Positions 28,731 to 40,548 of a stretch of DNA of 57,613 nucleotides are shown piece by piece. The notes under the pieces were generated by a model. The model did no database searches. It worked only from the letters and a program-made list of their open reading frames with translations, and was not told the origin of the DNA. Source of the DNA: Clostridiaceae bacterium. Lineage in GTDB: Bacteria > Bacillota > Clostridia > DSM-8532. Each line of letters starts with the position of its first letter. Position 1 is the stretch's first letter. A program made the translations under genes and the position numbers. The stretch spans positions 1-57,613 of the forward strand of contig JAAYTU010000089.1 in the NCBI GenBank assembly GCA_012523705.1, given 5' to 3'.

Positions 28731-29684
28731 ATGAACAGTAATGAAGATAATCTAATGAAGAAAATTGTCAACAATATGTCGAAGGTTATAGTTGGTAAAG
28801 ATCACGCTTCAAAATTAATGGTTATTGCATTGGCATCTGCTGGTCATGTCCTTTTAGAAGATGTTCCCGGTATAGGAAAGACTACAATGGCATATGCAAT
28901 GGCTAAATCAGTTAACCTGTCATTCAACCGTATACAATTTACCCCAGATGTTTTACCCTCTGATATCACTGGATTTACAATGTACAATCAGAAAACCAAT
29001 GAGTTTGAATACAGAAGTGGTAATGTTATGAGTAATGTCATTCTGGCAGACGAAATTAACAGGACTTCTCCTAAAACTCAAGCCAGTATGCTGGAAGCCA
29101 TGGAGGAAAAACAAGTAACAGTAGATGGTAATACATATCCATTACCAAAGCCATTTATGGTTATTGCTACACAAAACCCTGTTGAGTACATGGGTACATA
29201 TCCATTACCTGAAGCCCAATTAGATCGTTTTCTGATGAAATTATCTATTGGATACCCAAGTAAAGCAGAAGAAATAGATATTCTATTCAGATTCCAGAAT
29301 CAAAATCCACTACATACTCTAGAGCCAATCGCTACTGTAGATGAAATAAATGCACTCCAGGAAAAAGTTCGGAATGTAACTGTAGATGATAGCCTTGCAG
29401 CTTATATAGTAGAATTGGTCTCAGCAACCAGACGCCATGAATATGTTACTCTTGGTTGCAGTCCCAGAGCATCAATTAGCCTTTTCAGAGCCGCTCAAGC
29501 TTCTGCTATTTATGAAGACAGAGATTATGTTATCCCTGATGACATTAAAGATCTTGCTGTTTATGTCTTAAGTCATAGGCTGCAACTGAAGCAAGAGGCA
29601 ATAATCAAGAAGATTAGCAATGAAAACGTAATTTACGATGTATTAAAAAAAGTGAATGTGCCTGTAAAACAAAAGGCGAAATAG
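28731..29684 (+). CDS. MoxR-family AAA+ ATPase
   Basis: 317 aa with Walker A EDVPGIGKTT, Walker B ILADEINR and the ATQNP sensor motif. Length and organisation are typical of the MoxR/AAA_3 family. Confidence 0.9.
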   Translation: MNSNEDNLMKKIVNNMSKVIVGKDHASKLMVIALASAGHVLLEDVPGIGKTTMAYAMAKSVNLSFNRIQFTPDVLPSDITGFTMYNQKTNEFEYRSGNVMSNVILADEINRTSPKTQASMLEAMEEKQVTVDGNTYPLPKPFMVIATQNPVEYMGTYPLPEAQLDRFLMKLSIGYPSKAEEIDILFRFQNQNPLHTLEPIATVDEINALQEKVRNVTVDDSLAAYIVELVSATRRHEYVTLGCSPRASISLFRAAQASAIYEDRDYVIPDDIKDLAVYVLSHRLQLKQEAIIKKISNENVIYDVLKKVNVPVKQKAK

Positions 29685-29695
29685 GGTAAAAACTA

Positions 29696-30970
29696 ATGAA
29701 AAATGATATCGGAAATGTTTCTGTTGAATTAAAAGAAAAGGATAACAGGAAAATATCTTTTTTACGATATGCCTTCCTTCTATTAATTTGCATACTATAT
29801 GCATTTTTTTATGGCGGGTTTTACCCCTTTACACTTCTGTATATAGTCATTGCATTACCTGTACTCTCCATACTTTACCTGGCTACTATTTATTTCACTT
29901 TTAAGTGTAGCCAAGAATTAAATGAAAGAATATTTGTAAAGGGAGAACATGCTTCTTATATTTTACATCTTCAGAATTCTTCGTTTTTATTCATACCTTT
30001 TATTAAAATCAATATGTATATTGAAGGCCAGGTTATCTGTAAGAAAATGCAGAACATCAAGCTTTCTTTAGCTCCTTTTTCCAGGCATGATTTGGAATTC
30101 AAAATTGAATTGTTTTATAGAGGGGTTTATGATGTCGGAGTTAGTTCTATAAAGATCAGTGATCTGTTGGGTTTATTTACTTACACCGTATACCCACCCG
30201 AAAAGAAGACTATACTGGTAAAGCCAAGAATAATGCAGAAATACTCTTCTGACGAAATAACGGTAAAAATCAATGAGGGAGAGCAGTCTAAGGAGTATAA
30301 TGATTCAGGCAATGATGAGGTTGTAAATATCAGAGAATATGTTTACGGCGACAGCTTTAGAAAAATTCATTGGAATTTATCATCAAAACTGGATAAGCTG
30401 ATGATAAAAGAAACAAAGAATGAAACAAAAAGTGAATCTATATTCTATCTGAATCTTTACAAGCATGAAGTACTCGATGAAATCACATTACTAAAAGAAG
30501 ACTGCCTTATTGAGGAAATTGTCAAGCATATTCATTATCATCTCAAAAAGGATATGTCGTCGAGGCTGGTTTTCTTTAACGGTGAGACGCAAACAGTCAG
30601 AGGATCTTCACAGCAAGACTTTCTTAATATCTACAATGTACTGTCAGAGGTTAGATTTAATCAGGACTATGATTTCAATCAAATCCTTGAGCCCTATATT
30701 GAAAAAAATCAGTTTGGAAACCTATTATATGTCTTCTCTGTGAAAATAAATGTAAACATGATTGATACATTATTAAAAATTAAAAACAAAGGCTTTAATA
30801 TTGTAGTTTATTTTATTGAGTTTGAGTATATAGAATCTGATGAATATGAGGAAGAGGATATCATTGAGATTTTATCAAAGCAGAATATTAATGCTAATAG
30901 GTTAACACCTTTAATTACTTTAGACCATGAGATAAATAACTTAGATAATACCATACTGGAAGGAGCATAG
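29696..30970 (+). CDS. DUF58 domain membrane protein
   Basis: 424 aa with two N-terminal TM helices and the DUF58 signature REYVYGDSFRKIHW. It sits immediately downstream of MoxR, as in characterised MoxR-DUF58 pairs. Confidence 0.8.
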   Translation: MKNDIGNVSVELKEKDNRKISFLRYAFLLLICILYAFFYGGFYPFTLLYIVIALPVLSILYLATIYFTFKCSQELNERIFVKGEHASYILHLQNSSFLFIPFIKINMYIEGQVICKKMQNIKLSLAPFSRHDLEFKIELFYRGVYDVGVSSIKISDLLGLFTYTVYPPEKKTILVKPRIMQKYSSDEITVKINEGEQSKEYNDSGNDEVVNIREYVYGDSFRKIHWNLSSKLDKLMIKETKNETKSESIFYLNLYKHEVLDEITLLKEDCLIEEIVKHIHYHLKKDMSSRLVFFNGETQTVRGSSQQDFLNIYNVLSEVRFNQDYDFNQILEPYIEKNQFGNLLYVFSVKINVNMIDTLLKIKNKGFNIVVYFIEFEYIESDEYEEEDIIEILSKQNINANRLTPLITLDHEINNLDNTILEGA

Positions 30971-30974
30971 TTCT

Positions 30975-33512
30975 TTGAAGCGGTTACTAGATAGCTTATC
31001 CTGGTTTATTATTGGTTTACTATATGTCTTTGTTATTTCTGCCCTAATGAGTAATATTCTTTACGGTGAGGGTGGAATTAGCTATTTTTCTGTCTTATTA
31101 ATATCTGCAATCTTTTATGTCGTTGCTAATATTATTTTTTTAAATCGGACCACCAGCAAGGTTTTTGCGGCTATAGCCATTGTTCTTGTTATAGCCGCCG
31201 TTGTCTATTGCTTTGTCAATGTGGCTATTGTAAAAGTTGTTGATATCCATGCAGGCAGAATGTATATTACCTGGGACAGAATACTTAGCCAGAGCGAATT
31301 ACCACCCGAAGCGGATATTTATCTTAAAGCTTCATTGGTAATAACGGCTTTTGTCGCATCTATTCTGGTTATTATCCTGTTTAAGAAAATTAAGAGCTTC
31401 TTTCTGATTAATGGCATTACACTGGCATTATTCGTTATTGCTACCACTATTACAAAAGGTGAGAACAAACTGCTGTTTACTATTTTCTGTGTGCTGCTTA
31501 TAGTATCATTTATTAATAAGGTATCAACAAAGAAATCAAAGGAAGGATCCCTGCCTGAAGACCTGTCTGTAGGAAGCATGCTAATATGTTCTATACCAGT
31601 TATTCTTATACCTGTTTTATTCATAGCCAGGATACCAAAAAGCGAATCACCTATTCAAAACAACTTAATGCGAACAATAAACAGTATCATTACTGAAATA
31701 GAAAACCGTTTTAAGTATACCGAATTCGAATCCTTTAGTCTTTCTGAAATAGGATTTGCGGACAAGAATTCAAATCGTTTAGGTGGAGATATTAAGCTTA
31801 ATAATATTGAGGTATTGAGAGTAAAGTCAAAGGTTCGTACATATCTCAGAGGAGCTATATATGACACATATGAGAACAGCGTCTGGACAAAATCCTATTC
31901 ATTGGTTAATGCTAATAAAAATGATTTATATGAGACTGTTGATGTCTGGTCCCAAATGCCGGTTGAGCAAATGTTTTCTAAAGTAGAGGAGGATGATTTG
32001 GAGTTCCTCAAAAGTCTCGAAAATGGAGATTTGGAATCAATTATATTTCCAACCTACTCAATGGAGGTAACTATCAGGAATTTAAAGACTAATATCTTGT
32101 TTACTCCTCTTAAGCACAATACTCCTATACGATATGGAGGCAATGAAATTATTCCGACTTATGAAATAAACAGCGGCATAATTATTGCCAATTCAATGCT
32201 TTCAAAAGGTGATAAGTACAAGTTTACTTTCATTCAGCCCATGTATGGAGACGACTTATTTAAAAAAGCTCTCAGATATAGCAGGGATGATTTATATAAT
32301 GATGCTATACAACTACTAAATGCGGAGAAATCTAACTTAACTTACCAGTATTTATCATTACCCTCAACTAATTATATATCCAATGAACCTGGTATTATTA
32401 TTCCATCCATTAGCGAAGACTCTTTAAGCCCCGAGCAAAAAGAGCTTCAGGAAAAAATCAAATCACTTGATGAGAGAATAGATATATTATCTCAACTAGA
32501 GTATAAATCAAAGGAGATATATAGTAATTATACAAAGCTACCTTATGACTTGCCTGACCGGGTAATTGCTTTAGCATATGAAATAACAGATGGCCATGTA
32601 ACAACTTATGATAAATGTGTAGCTGTCGAGCAGTATTTAAGAGATAATCATACTTATACCTACAGTCCCGGAGAAGTACCACTGGACAGGGATTTGGTAG
32701 ATTACTTTTTGTTTGATAAAAGGGAGGGGTACTGCTCGTACTATGCCACTTCAATGGTGACTTTGCTAAGATTATTAGGCATTCCTGCCCGGTATGTTGA
32801 AGGGTATGTTTTACCCTCTGAGCAAGCGTTTGAAGAAGAATATACTGTTACAAACAGAAACGCTCATGCTTGGGTGGAGGTATACTTTGAAGGCTTCGGA
32901 TGGATGGTCTTTGAGCCTACAACTGCCTATGCCGGAGCATTGAACTATAAGTCCGCATTTTCGGCTCTTGATTATCAGGACAACCCGTCATATAAGGAAA
33001 TGATGGAAAGATATAAGAGCAGTAATTTCTCAAGCAATACATATACTCCATCTAATCCGCTTGATCCAATTGAGACCAAACCACAACAGGATACTTTGAA
33101 AACTTTAATCATAATACTGGCAAGTGTAGTTGGATTCATTATTTTATTATTTATCATAGACATAGCTGTCATTCCAGTTATGTTGATAAGGTTTAAAATA
33201 ATAAATAAAGAAAAAGCTGCTTTATACAGGTACTATCAAATGATAAGATGGCTTTCCATCAAAGGATATATAATAGATACCGGAACTACTGCCAGAGAAT
33301 TTGCAGATTATGTTGATAAATTATTCATTCTAACTCAATCATTCAGGGAAGTAACAGAGGTCTTCTCTAAAATAAGATATGGACATCAAAGTATTACAGA
33401 TGAAGAATATGAAATTGTTGTCACGGTATATAAAGAATTAAGAAAACAAGTACTCAAGGAAATTGGTATTAAGCGATATCTGCCCTTAAGAAGATTGATT
33501 CTTGGAATTTAG
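30975..33512 (+). CDS. transglutaminase-like multi-pass membrane protein (TgpA-like, with DUF4129-like C-terminus)
   Basis: 845 aa, TTG start after GGAAGGAG. It has about six N-terminal TM helices and a large extracytoplasmic region. The transglutaminase core has Cys in REGYCSYYATSMVTLLRLLGIPARYVEGY and His in NAHAWVEVY, followed by FEPT. A late TM helix and a cytoplasmic tail follow. Confidence 0.85.
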   Translation: MKRLLDSLSWFIIGLLYVFVISALMSNILYGEGGISYFSVLLISAIFYVVANIIFLNRTTSKVFAAIAIVLVIAAVVYCFVNVAIVKVVDIHAGRMYITWDRILSQSELPPEADIYLKASLVITAFVASILVIILFKKIKSFFLINGITLALFVIATTITKGENKLLFTIFCVLLIVSFINKVSTKKSKEGSLPEDLSVGSMLICSIPVILIPVLFIARIPKSESPIQNNLMRTINSIITEIENRFKYTEFESFSLSEIGFADKNSNRLGGDIKLNNIEVLRVKSKVRTYLRGAIYDTYENSVWTKSYSLVNANKNDLYETVDVWSQMPVEQMFSKVEEDDLEFLKSLENGDLESIIFPTYSMEVTIRNLKTNILFTPLKHNTPIRYGGNEIIPTYEINSGIIIANSMLSKGDKYKFTFIQPMYGDDLFKKALRYSRDDLYNDAIQLLNAEKSNLTYQYLSLPSTNYISNEPGIIIPSISEDSLSPEQKELQEKIKSLDERIDILSQLEYKSKEIYSNYTKLPYDLPDRVIALAYEITDGHVTTYDKCVAVEQYLRDNHTYTYSPGEVPLDRDLVDYFLFDKREGYCSYYATSMVTLLRLLGIPARYVEGYVLPSEQAFEEEYTVTNRNAHAWVEVYFEGFGWMVFEPTTAYAGALNYKSAFSALDYQDNPSYKEMMERYKSSNFSSNTYTPSNPLDPIETKPQQDTLKTLIIILASVVGFIILLFIIDIAVIPVMLIRFKIINKEKAALYRYYQMIRWLSIKGYIIDTGTTAREFADYVDKLFILTQSFREVTEVFSKIRYGHQSITDEEYEIVVTVYKELRKQVLKEIGIKRYLPLRRLILGI

Positions 33513-33555
33513 TATACTTTTACTTGCTTAAATGATAATATATACTTATAATTCG

Positions 33556-33580
33556 TCAATAATAATAGTGTTGTTATTGA
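33556..33580 (+). terminator. AT-rich hairpin after the transglutaminase gene (weak terminator or operator)
   Basis: TCAATAATAA (33556-33565), loop TAGTG, TTGTTATTGA (33571-33580). This gives 10 bp with one G-U and no strong U-tract. It also lies 30 nt upstream of the acyl-CoA ligase start. Confidence 0.3.
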
Positions 33581-33610
33581 TACTAATATTCTGAGGGAGA
33601 CAACACACTT

Positions 33611-35458
33611 ATGAGCCTTAATTTAATAAACAAAACATCCGGAAAATCTTATTATAAAGTACCAAGGATCAATACTCTTAAGGAAATGCTGGAATTCTGC
33701 CAGGAAAGGTATTCGGAAGAAATAGCTTTTAAATACCGTAATAAGCCTCGTTCTGAGGTTATCTGCAAGACCTATACAGAGTTTGCAAATGATACAAGAG
33801 CTTTAGGAAGTGCGTTGCATGATTTAGGGCTAAAGGGTTGCCATATAGCAATAATCGGTGAGAACAGATATGAATGGGTTGTTTCGTACTTAGCCACTGT
33901 CAACGGGATTGGTGTAGCAGTACCATTGGATAAAATGCTGCCCGAGAATGAAATCATTACCATGCTTGACAGGGGCGATGTTGATGTTCTGATCTATTCC
34001 AGCTCTTTTCAACAAATAGTGGAGCATATTACTCAAGGCAATACAAATCTTAAAGCAGTAATCTGTATGAATCCCGAAAAGGATGAGGATATTGAAAGGG
34101 ACGGGTTTTATTCTTTTCATGATTTATTATCACACGGATATGAGCTTCTCGATTCTGGTTACAAGAAGTATATTGATACAGTAATTGATTCTAATATATT
34201 GAGCGTATTAATATTTACCTCCGGAACTTCTGCATCTTCTAAAGCAGTTATGCTGAGTCACAAGAATATTTGTACCGATATTATGGGACTTGGCGGTGTT
34301 GTCAGCTTCAAACCCGGAGATAGCGTCGTATCAATACTTCCACTTTCTCATACCTTCGAAAACACAACCGGTTTATTGTTTCCATTGTTTTTAGGCATAA
34401 CCATTTGTATTAGCGATGGACTTAAATATTTTCCCCAGAACCTTACTGAATATAAGCCCAAATGCCTTATTGGCGTACCTTTGATATTTGACAAATTTAA
34501 AGAGCGAATTTGGGCAGAAGTTAAGAAAAAGGGGATGGAGAAGAAGGTAAGGATCATAATGTCCCTTGCAAATCTTCTAAGTCATTTTGGCATCAATTTA
34601 AAAAGGAAGTTGTTTAAACAGCTTCTGGAACCCTTTGGAGGAGACCTTTGCGCAATTGTCACGGGTGGTGCTCCAATGGAGGTTGATACCATAAGGTTTT
34701 ATGAAGGTATTGGTATAAGGGTATATCAAGGATATGGATTGACTGAGACCTCTCCCGTTGTTGCTGGTGGAAACGATTTTGTTCGCAAAACAGGCACATG
34801 TGGCAACCCCTTGCCAGGTGTTACAGTTGCTGTAGATAATCCTGACTTTAAAGGAGTAGGTGAGATTGTTGTCAAAGGCGATAGTGTCATGTTAGGCTAT
34901 TGGAAAAACCAGGAGGCTACTGATGAAGCCATTGTGGACGGTTGGTTCCATACAGGGGATTTGGGGAGAATTGACCGAAAGGGGTTAATCAAGGTTACAG
35001 GAAGAGCAAAATCAATGATTGTATTAAACAATGGCAAAAAGGTATTTCCAGAAGAGCTTGAAAACTATATAAATAAGATTCCTTATGTAAAAGAATCGCT
35101 GGTCTGGGGAGAAGCCGTTAATAATGGCAATGTAGATATTTGCGCAAAAATTATATTAGATAAAGAAAATATTACTGAAGCTATTAAATGCCCCGAGGAT
35201 GAGAGTGCAATCAAAAGGCTTCTTGATAAGGCAATTAAAGATGTAAACAAACTTATGCCGGTATATAAAACAATCCGTTACTATGTATACAGCTATGAGG
35301 AGCTTATTAAAACTACCTCCATGAAGATTAAGCGCTATGTTGAAACAGCTGAAATAAGAAGCTTATTCGGAAAATTAGCCACATCTATCAAAAAAACCAC
35401 TGGGAGAAATATAGACAGGTTAAAGGAAATGCTTGCAAAAAGGGCAGAAACTTTTTAA
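33611..35458 (+). CDS. AMP-dependent long-chain acyl-CoA synthetase/ligase
   Basis: 615 aa with the AMP-binding signature FTSGTSASSKAVMLSH, plus YQGYGLTETS, TGDLG and the C-terminal K of KIKR. Confidence 0.85.
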   Translation: MSLNLINKTSGKSYYKVPRINTLKEMLEFCQERYSEEIAFKYRNKPRSEVICKTYTEFANDTRALGSALHDLGLKGCHIAIIGENRYEWVVSYLATVNGIGVAVPLDKMLPENEIITMLDRGDVDVLIYSSSFQQIVEHITQGNTNLKAVICMNPEKDEDIERDGFYSFHDLLSHGYELLDSGYKKYIDTVIDSNILSVLIFTSGTSASSKAVMLSHKNICTDIMGLGGVVSFKPGDSVVSILPLSHTFENTTGLLFPLFLGITICISDGLKYFPQNLTEYKPKCLIGVPLIFDKFKERIWAEVKKKGMEKKVRIIMSLANLLSHFGINLKRKLFKQLLEPFGGDLCAIVTGGAPMEVDTIRFYEGIGIRVYQGYGLTETSPVVAGGNDFVRKTGTCGNPLPGVTVAVDNPDFKGVGEIVVKGDSVMLGYWKNQEATDEAIVDGWFHTGDLGRIDRKGLIKVTGRAKSMIVLNNGKKVFPEELENYINKIPYVKESLVWGEAVNNGNVDICAKIILDKENITEAIKCPEDESAIKRLLDKAIKDVNKLMPVYKTIRYYVYSYEELIKTTSMKIKRYVETAEIRSLFGKLATSIKKTTGRNIDRLKEMLAKRAETF

Positions 35459-35462
35459 GACA

Positions 35463-35495
35463 AAAGGTAGATTTATCTACCTTTTTATTGTTTTT
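35463..35495 (+). terminator. intrinsic terminator after the acyl-CoA ligase gene
   Basis: AAAGGTAGA (35463-35471), loop TTTA, TCTACCTTT (35476-35484), followed by TTATTGTTTTT. Confidence 0.7.
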
Positions 35496-35527
35496 CTGCT
35501 GTGCCAGATTATTTTTTTAGCTTTAGC

Positions 35528-35556
35528 TTGTATACAAAAAACACTTGTATTATAAT
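35528..35556 (+). promoter_or_regulatory. sigma-A-like promoter for pta-ackA
   Basis: TTGTAT (35528-35533), 17 nt, TATAAT (35551-35556). It implies an ~145-nt 5' UTR. Confidence 0.5.
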
Positions 35557-35659
35557 AGCCTGTGGGAATCATCCCCCTTATACCTTAGTTATTACTTGAT
35601 TTTAAGCAATATAGTAAGAGATGTAATATATTTGATTAATATTATTTAACATACCGTAA

Positions 35660-36706
<1,047 letters not shown>

Positions 36707-36726
36707 TATCAGGGGGAATAAGTAAA

Positions 36727-37920
36727 ATGAAGATTTTAGTTGTTAACGCAGGAAGCTCATCATTGAAGTACCAACTAATTGATATGGAAGGCCAGGTTGT
36801 TATGGCAAAAGGTCTTTGTGACCGTATTGGCATACCCGGATCACTCATTAAGCATAATGCCTTAGATGGCAGATCAGTCACTAGGGAAATAGTAATGAAA
36901 GACCACAATGATGCCATTTCCGCATTAATTAAAGTTTTAACACATGAAGAGTGGGGCGTTCTTAAATCACTTGACGAGCTTAATGCCGTTGGTCACAGAG
37001 TTGTTCATGGTGGCGAAAAATTCTTTAAATCAGTGGTTATTAATGATGAGGTTCTTGAAACCCTTGAGGATTGCGTAGAGCTTGCACCTCTTCATAATCC
37101 GCCTAATATAATGGGGATAAAAGCTTGCCAGGCAAATATGCCTGATGTGCCACAAGTTGCAGTTTTTGATACAGCTTTTCATCAGACCATGCCACGAAAA
37201 GCATTCCTTTATCCAATACCATATGAATACTATGGAAAATATAGAGTAAGAAAATACGGTTTCCATGGTACAAGCCATAAGTATGTTGCTGAAAGAGCAG
37301 CTGAGCTTATTGGAAAGCCTCTTGAGCAGCTGAAAATCATTACCTGCCATTTAGGTAATGGATCGAGCATTACAGCTATAGAAGGTGGAAAGTCAGTTGA
37401 TACCTCAATGGGCTTTACTCCCTTGGATGGATTACCAATGGGAACCCGTTGCGGGTCCATAGATCCAGCTATAGTAACTTATATAATGAATAAAGAGGGG
37501 CTAACCACAGATAGAATGGACACTATATTAAATAAAAAATCTGGTGTTTTAGCTGTATCAGGCGTTTCAAGCGACTTCAGAGATTTGGATGAAGCAGTTG
37601 ATAATGGAAATGAAAGAGCATTTTTAGCACTTTCAATATTCGCATATAAGATTAAGCAATATATTGGAGCATATACTTGTGCAATGGGCGGATTAGATGC
37701 ACTTGTATTTACTGCAGGAATCGGCGAAAACAATGCTGCTATGCGTACGAGCGTATGCAAAAGGTTGGATTTCTTAGGCATTGAAATTGATGAGAGCAAA
37801 AACAGTATTAGGGGAGAAGAAATTGATATCAGTACCCCTGATGCAAAGGTCAGAACTCTTGTAATTCCAACTAATGAAGAATTAGCTATTGCCAAGGAGA
37901 CACAGAAATTGCTTAGGTGA
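36727..37920 (+). CDS. ackA: acetate kinase
   Basis: 397 aa with N-terminal [17 protein letters not shown], plus HRVVHGG, FHGTSH and the GIGEN motif. Confidence 0.96.
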   Translation: MKILVVNAGSSSLKYQLIDMEGQVVMAKGLCDRIGIPGSLIKHNALDGRSVTREIVMKDHNDAISALIKVLTHEEWGVLKSLDELNAVGHRVVHGGEKFFKSVVINDEVLETLEDCVELAPLHNPPNIMGIKACQANMPDVPQVAVFDTAFHQTMPRKAFLYPIPYEYYGKYRVRKYGFHGTSHKYVAERAAELIGKPLEQLKIITCHLGNGSSITAIEGGKSVDTSMGFTPLDGLPMGTRCGSIDPAIVTYIMNKEGLTTDRMDTILNKKSGVLAVSGVSSDFRDLDEAVDNGNERAFLALSIFAYKIKQYIGAYTCAMGGLDALVFTAGIGENNAAMRTSVCKRLDFLGIEIDESKNSIRGEEIDISTPDAKVRTLVIPTNEELAIAKETQKLLR

Positions 37921-37954
37921 TTGTTGACAAGCTTTATTGGACACTATAGAATTG

Positions 37955-37986
37955 AAAGGTAAAGGGCATAACCTTTACCTTTTTTA
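37955..37986 (+). terminator. intrinsic terminator after ackA
   Basis: AAAGGTAAAGG (37955-37965), loop GCATAA, CCTTTACCTTT (37972-37982). This is a perfect 11-bp stem followed by TTTAT. Confidence 0.75.
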
Positions 37987-38092
37987 TATTCAATATTTTT
38001 ATAGAAATAAGCTTAATGGCTCTGTTGACCAAATATGATTATAAAATATATAAAGTAATTAACAGAACAAGCTTGATCCTTTGGAGGAATGT

Positions 38093-39442
38093 ATGAAAGT
38101 ATGTAAATTTGGTGGCTCTTCTATGGCCAATAGCGAACAGATTAAAAAGGTCTGTTCAATAATTACAAGCGATCCGGACAGAAAGGTTATTGTAGTATCG
38201 GCTCCTGGAAAACGCTTTGATGATGACACAAAGGTGACCGATATGCTTATTGACTGTGCTGAAAAGTACTTAACCAATAAGGATTATTCTGACGCACTAG
38301 ATAGAATTACCGGGCGTTATGCTGAGATTGCAAGAGATTTAGGTCTCAATAATAATATAATTGATGATATTGAAAACAATCTGAAAACCAGACTTTCCAT
38401 GCACTATAATTCTCAGGCTAAGTTTATGGACAGGATGAAGGCTGCAGGTGAGGATAATGCGGCTCGTCTTATTGCATCTTATCTTCAAAGTCTTGGGGTT
38501 AAAGCAACCTACCTTAATCCAAAGGACGCAGGATTATTTTTGAGCGATGAATATGGTAATGCAAGGGTATTGCCTCAATCCTATAAAAATCTAGCCAGGA
38601 TTAAATCCATGGACGGAATCATTGTATTTCCTGGTTTCTTTGGCTATTCTCTGTCAGGAGAGGTTGTAACATTTCCAAGGGGTGGCTCTGACATTACTGG
38701 TTCAATCCTGGCAGCAGCATTAGAAGTAGAGGTTTACGAGAACTTTACAGATGTAGACTCTGTATTCGTAGCTAGTCCCAAGATAGTCAAGAACCCTAAG
38801 CCTATAAAGACCCTCACATACCGGGAAATGAGAGAGCTTGCTTATGCAGGTTTTTCAGTGCTACAGGAGGAAACTCTGGAACCGGTATTTCAAAGAGGAA
38901 TACCTGTTAATATCAGAAATACAAACAATCCATCTTCTTCCGGTACAATGATAACTCCGACTCGTGATAATATTGAGTATCCTGTAGCCGGAATAGCAGG
39001 GGATACAGGTTTCTGCTCTATTAACATCAATAAATATATGATGAACAGAGAGATAGGCTTTGGCAGAAAGGTCCTGCAGATATTAGAGGAGGAATTTGTC
39101 CCCTTTGAGCACATGCCCTCTGGAATAGACGACATTTCCATAATAATTAAAAAGAAGTACCTTGATGATGATAAAAAAAGCCGTATTATGGAGAGAATTG
39201 CTAAGGAACTTCGCGTTGACAGCGTTAGCATTGAATATGACTTAGGAATTGTAATGGTAGTAGGCGAAGGTATGAAAAAGACAGTAGGTATTGCTAGTAA
39301 AGTAACTGAGGCATTGGCAAAGGGCAGTGTAAACATTAGAATGATTAATCAGGGCTCCTCTGAGGTAAGTATCATGTTCGGTGTTTCTGAAAATGATGTA
39401 AATAAAGCAATTGTTGCAATATATGATGAGTTTTTTAGTTAA
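38093..39442 (+). CDS. aspartate kinase
   Basis: From ATG 38093 (5 nt after GGAGG) the product begins MKVCKFGGSSM. It has the amino-acid kinase fold and C-terminal ACT-type repeats (VMVVGEGM, SEVSIMFGV). Confidence 0.9.
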   Translation: MKVCKFGGSSMANSEQIKKVCSIITSDPDRKVIVVSAPGKRFDDDTKVTDMLIDCAEKYLTNKDYSDALDRITGRYAEIARDLGLNNNIIDDIENNLKTRLSMHYNSQAKFMDRMKAAGEDNAARLIASYLQSLGVKATYLNPKDAGLFLSDEYGNARVLPQSYKNLARIKSMDGIIVFPGFFGYSLSGEVVTFPRGGSDITGSILAAALEVEVYENFTDVDSVFVASPKIVKNPKPIKTLTYREMRELAYAGFSVLQEETLEPVFQRGIPVNIRNTNNPSSSGTMITPTRDNIEYPVAGIAGDTGFCSININKYMMNREIGFGRKVLQILEEEFVPFEHMPSGIDDISIIIKKKYLDDDKKSRIMERIAKELRVDSVSIEYDLGIVMVVGEGMKKTVGIASKVTEALAKGSVNIRMINQGSSEVSIMFGVSENDVNKAIVAIYDEFFS

Positions 39443-39525
39443 TATGAAGTGAATATGTGGTATAAAGTATAATTAATGCATTAGTCGTAGCATGTATTAT
39501 TGTAGTATGGTAGGAGTGTATAATT

Positions 39526-40545
39526 ATGATTTTAGTATTGAAGCCTGGTGCGTCCGGGCAACAGACAGAGGAACTGTTAAACCAGATAAAAGCCAAGGGT
39601 TTTGATGTTCACATTTCAGTAGGTCATGATACAACAATTATCGGACTGATAGGTGACACTACCAAAATCGACAGGCGTACTTTTTCTTCCTTTGATATAG
39701 TTCTGAATATATTAAAGGTAACGGAGCCCTTTAAAAAGGCTAATCGTATGTTCCATCCGGAAGATACAGTTATTGATGTGGGTGGAAAAAAAGTAGGTAA
39801 TAATACTTTTTCAATTATAGCCGGGCCTTGCTCTGTTGAAAGCGAGAGTCAGATAGTTGAAATTGCAAAGGAACTTAAGAAATCAGGTGTTACATTTTTA
39901 AGAGGAGGAGCCTATAAACCCAGAACCTCGCCCTATAGCTTCCAGGGGCTTGGACTCGAGGGTTTGGATCTATTAAAAATAGCACGTGAAGAAACCGGTC
40001 TTCCTATAGTTTCCGAGATTATGTCAACCGATGTCCTTGACAGGTTCGTTGAGGATGTAGATATTATTCAGATTGGCGCAAGGAATATGCAGAATTTTGT
40101 CTTACTCAAGGAACTGGGCAGAACGACAAAGCCGATTCTACTAAAGCGTGGATTATCAGCTACCCTTGAGGAATGGCTCATGTCTGCTGAATACATCATG
40201 AGCGAAGGCAACGAGAATATTATTCTTTGTGAGAGGGGCATAAGAACCTTTGAAACCTACACACGAAACACCCTTGATTTAAGTGCTGTTCCTGCAATTA
40301 AAAAGTTGAGTCATTTGCCTATAATTGTTGATCCAAGTCATGGCACAGGTAAATCCTGGATGGTTGAAACCATGTCCAAGGCTGCTTTGGTCTCTGGTGC
40401 AGACGGTGTGGTTATTGAGGTCCATCATAACCCTAAATGTGCCTTAAGTGATGGAGAACAGTCTATTACTCCTGATGAGTATTCTGAAATAATTCCTAAG
40501 CTTAATAAGCTGGCAGATATTGAGGAAAAGAAATTGGAGGTTTGA
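39526..40545 (+). CDS. aroF: 3-deoxy-7-phosphoheptulonate (DAHP) synthase, type I-beta with N-terminal regulatory domain
   Basis: 339 aa. The core resembles KDO8PS-like DAHP synthases (GPCSVES, RGGAYKPRTSPYSFQG, VDPSH). The first ~75 residues form a separate ferredoxin/ACT-like domain, as in Thermotoga-type feedback-regulated enzymes. Confidence 0.9.
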   Translation: MILVLKPGASGQQTEELLNQIKAKGFDVHISVGHDTTIIGLIGDTTKIDRRTFSSFDIVLNILKVTEPFKKANRMFHPEDTVIDVGGKKVGNNTFSIIAGPCSVESESQIVEIAKELKKSGVTFLRGGAYKPRTSPYSFQGLGLEGLDLLKIAREETGLPIVSEIMSTDVLDRFVEDVDIIQIGARNMQNFVLLKELGRTTKPILLKRGLSATLEEWLMSAEYIMSEGNENIILCERGIRTFETYTRNTLDLSAVPAIKKLSHLPIIVDPSHGTGKSWMVETMSKAALVSGADGVVIEVHHNPKCALSDGEQSITPDEYSEIIPKLNKLADIEEKKLEV

Positions 40546-40548
40546 CCC

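Noticed and set aside
37987-38092. Possible lysine (L-box) riboswitch upstream of aspartate kinase.
   Set aside because: About 105 nt of very AT-rich sequence remain after the ackA terminator. That is too short, it lacks the GC-rich helices of an L-box, and no expression-platform terminator is present.
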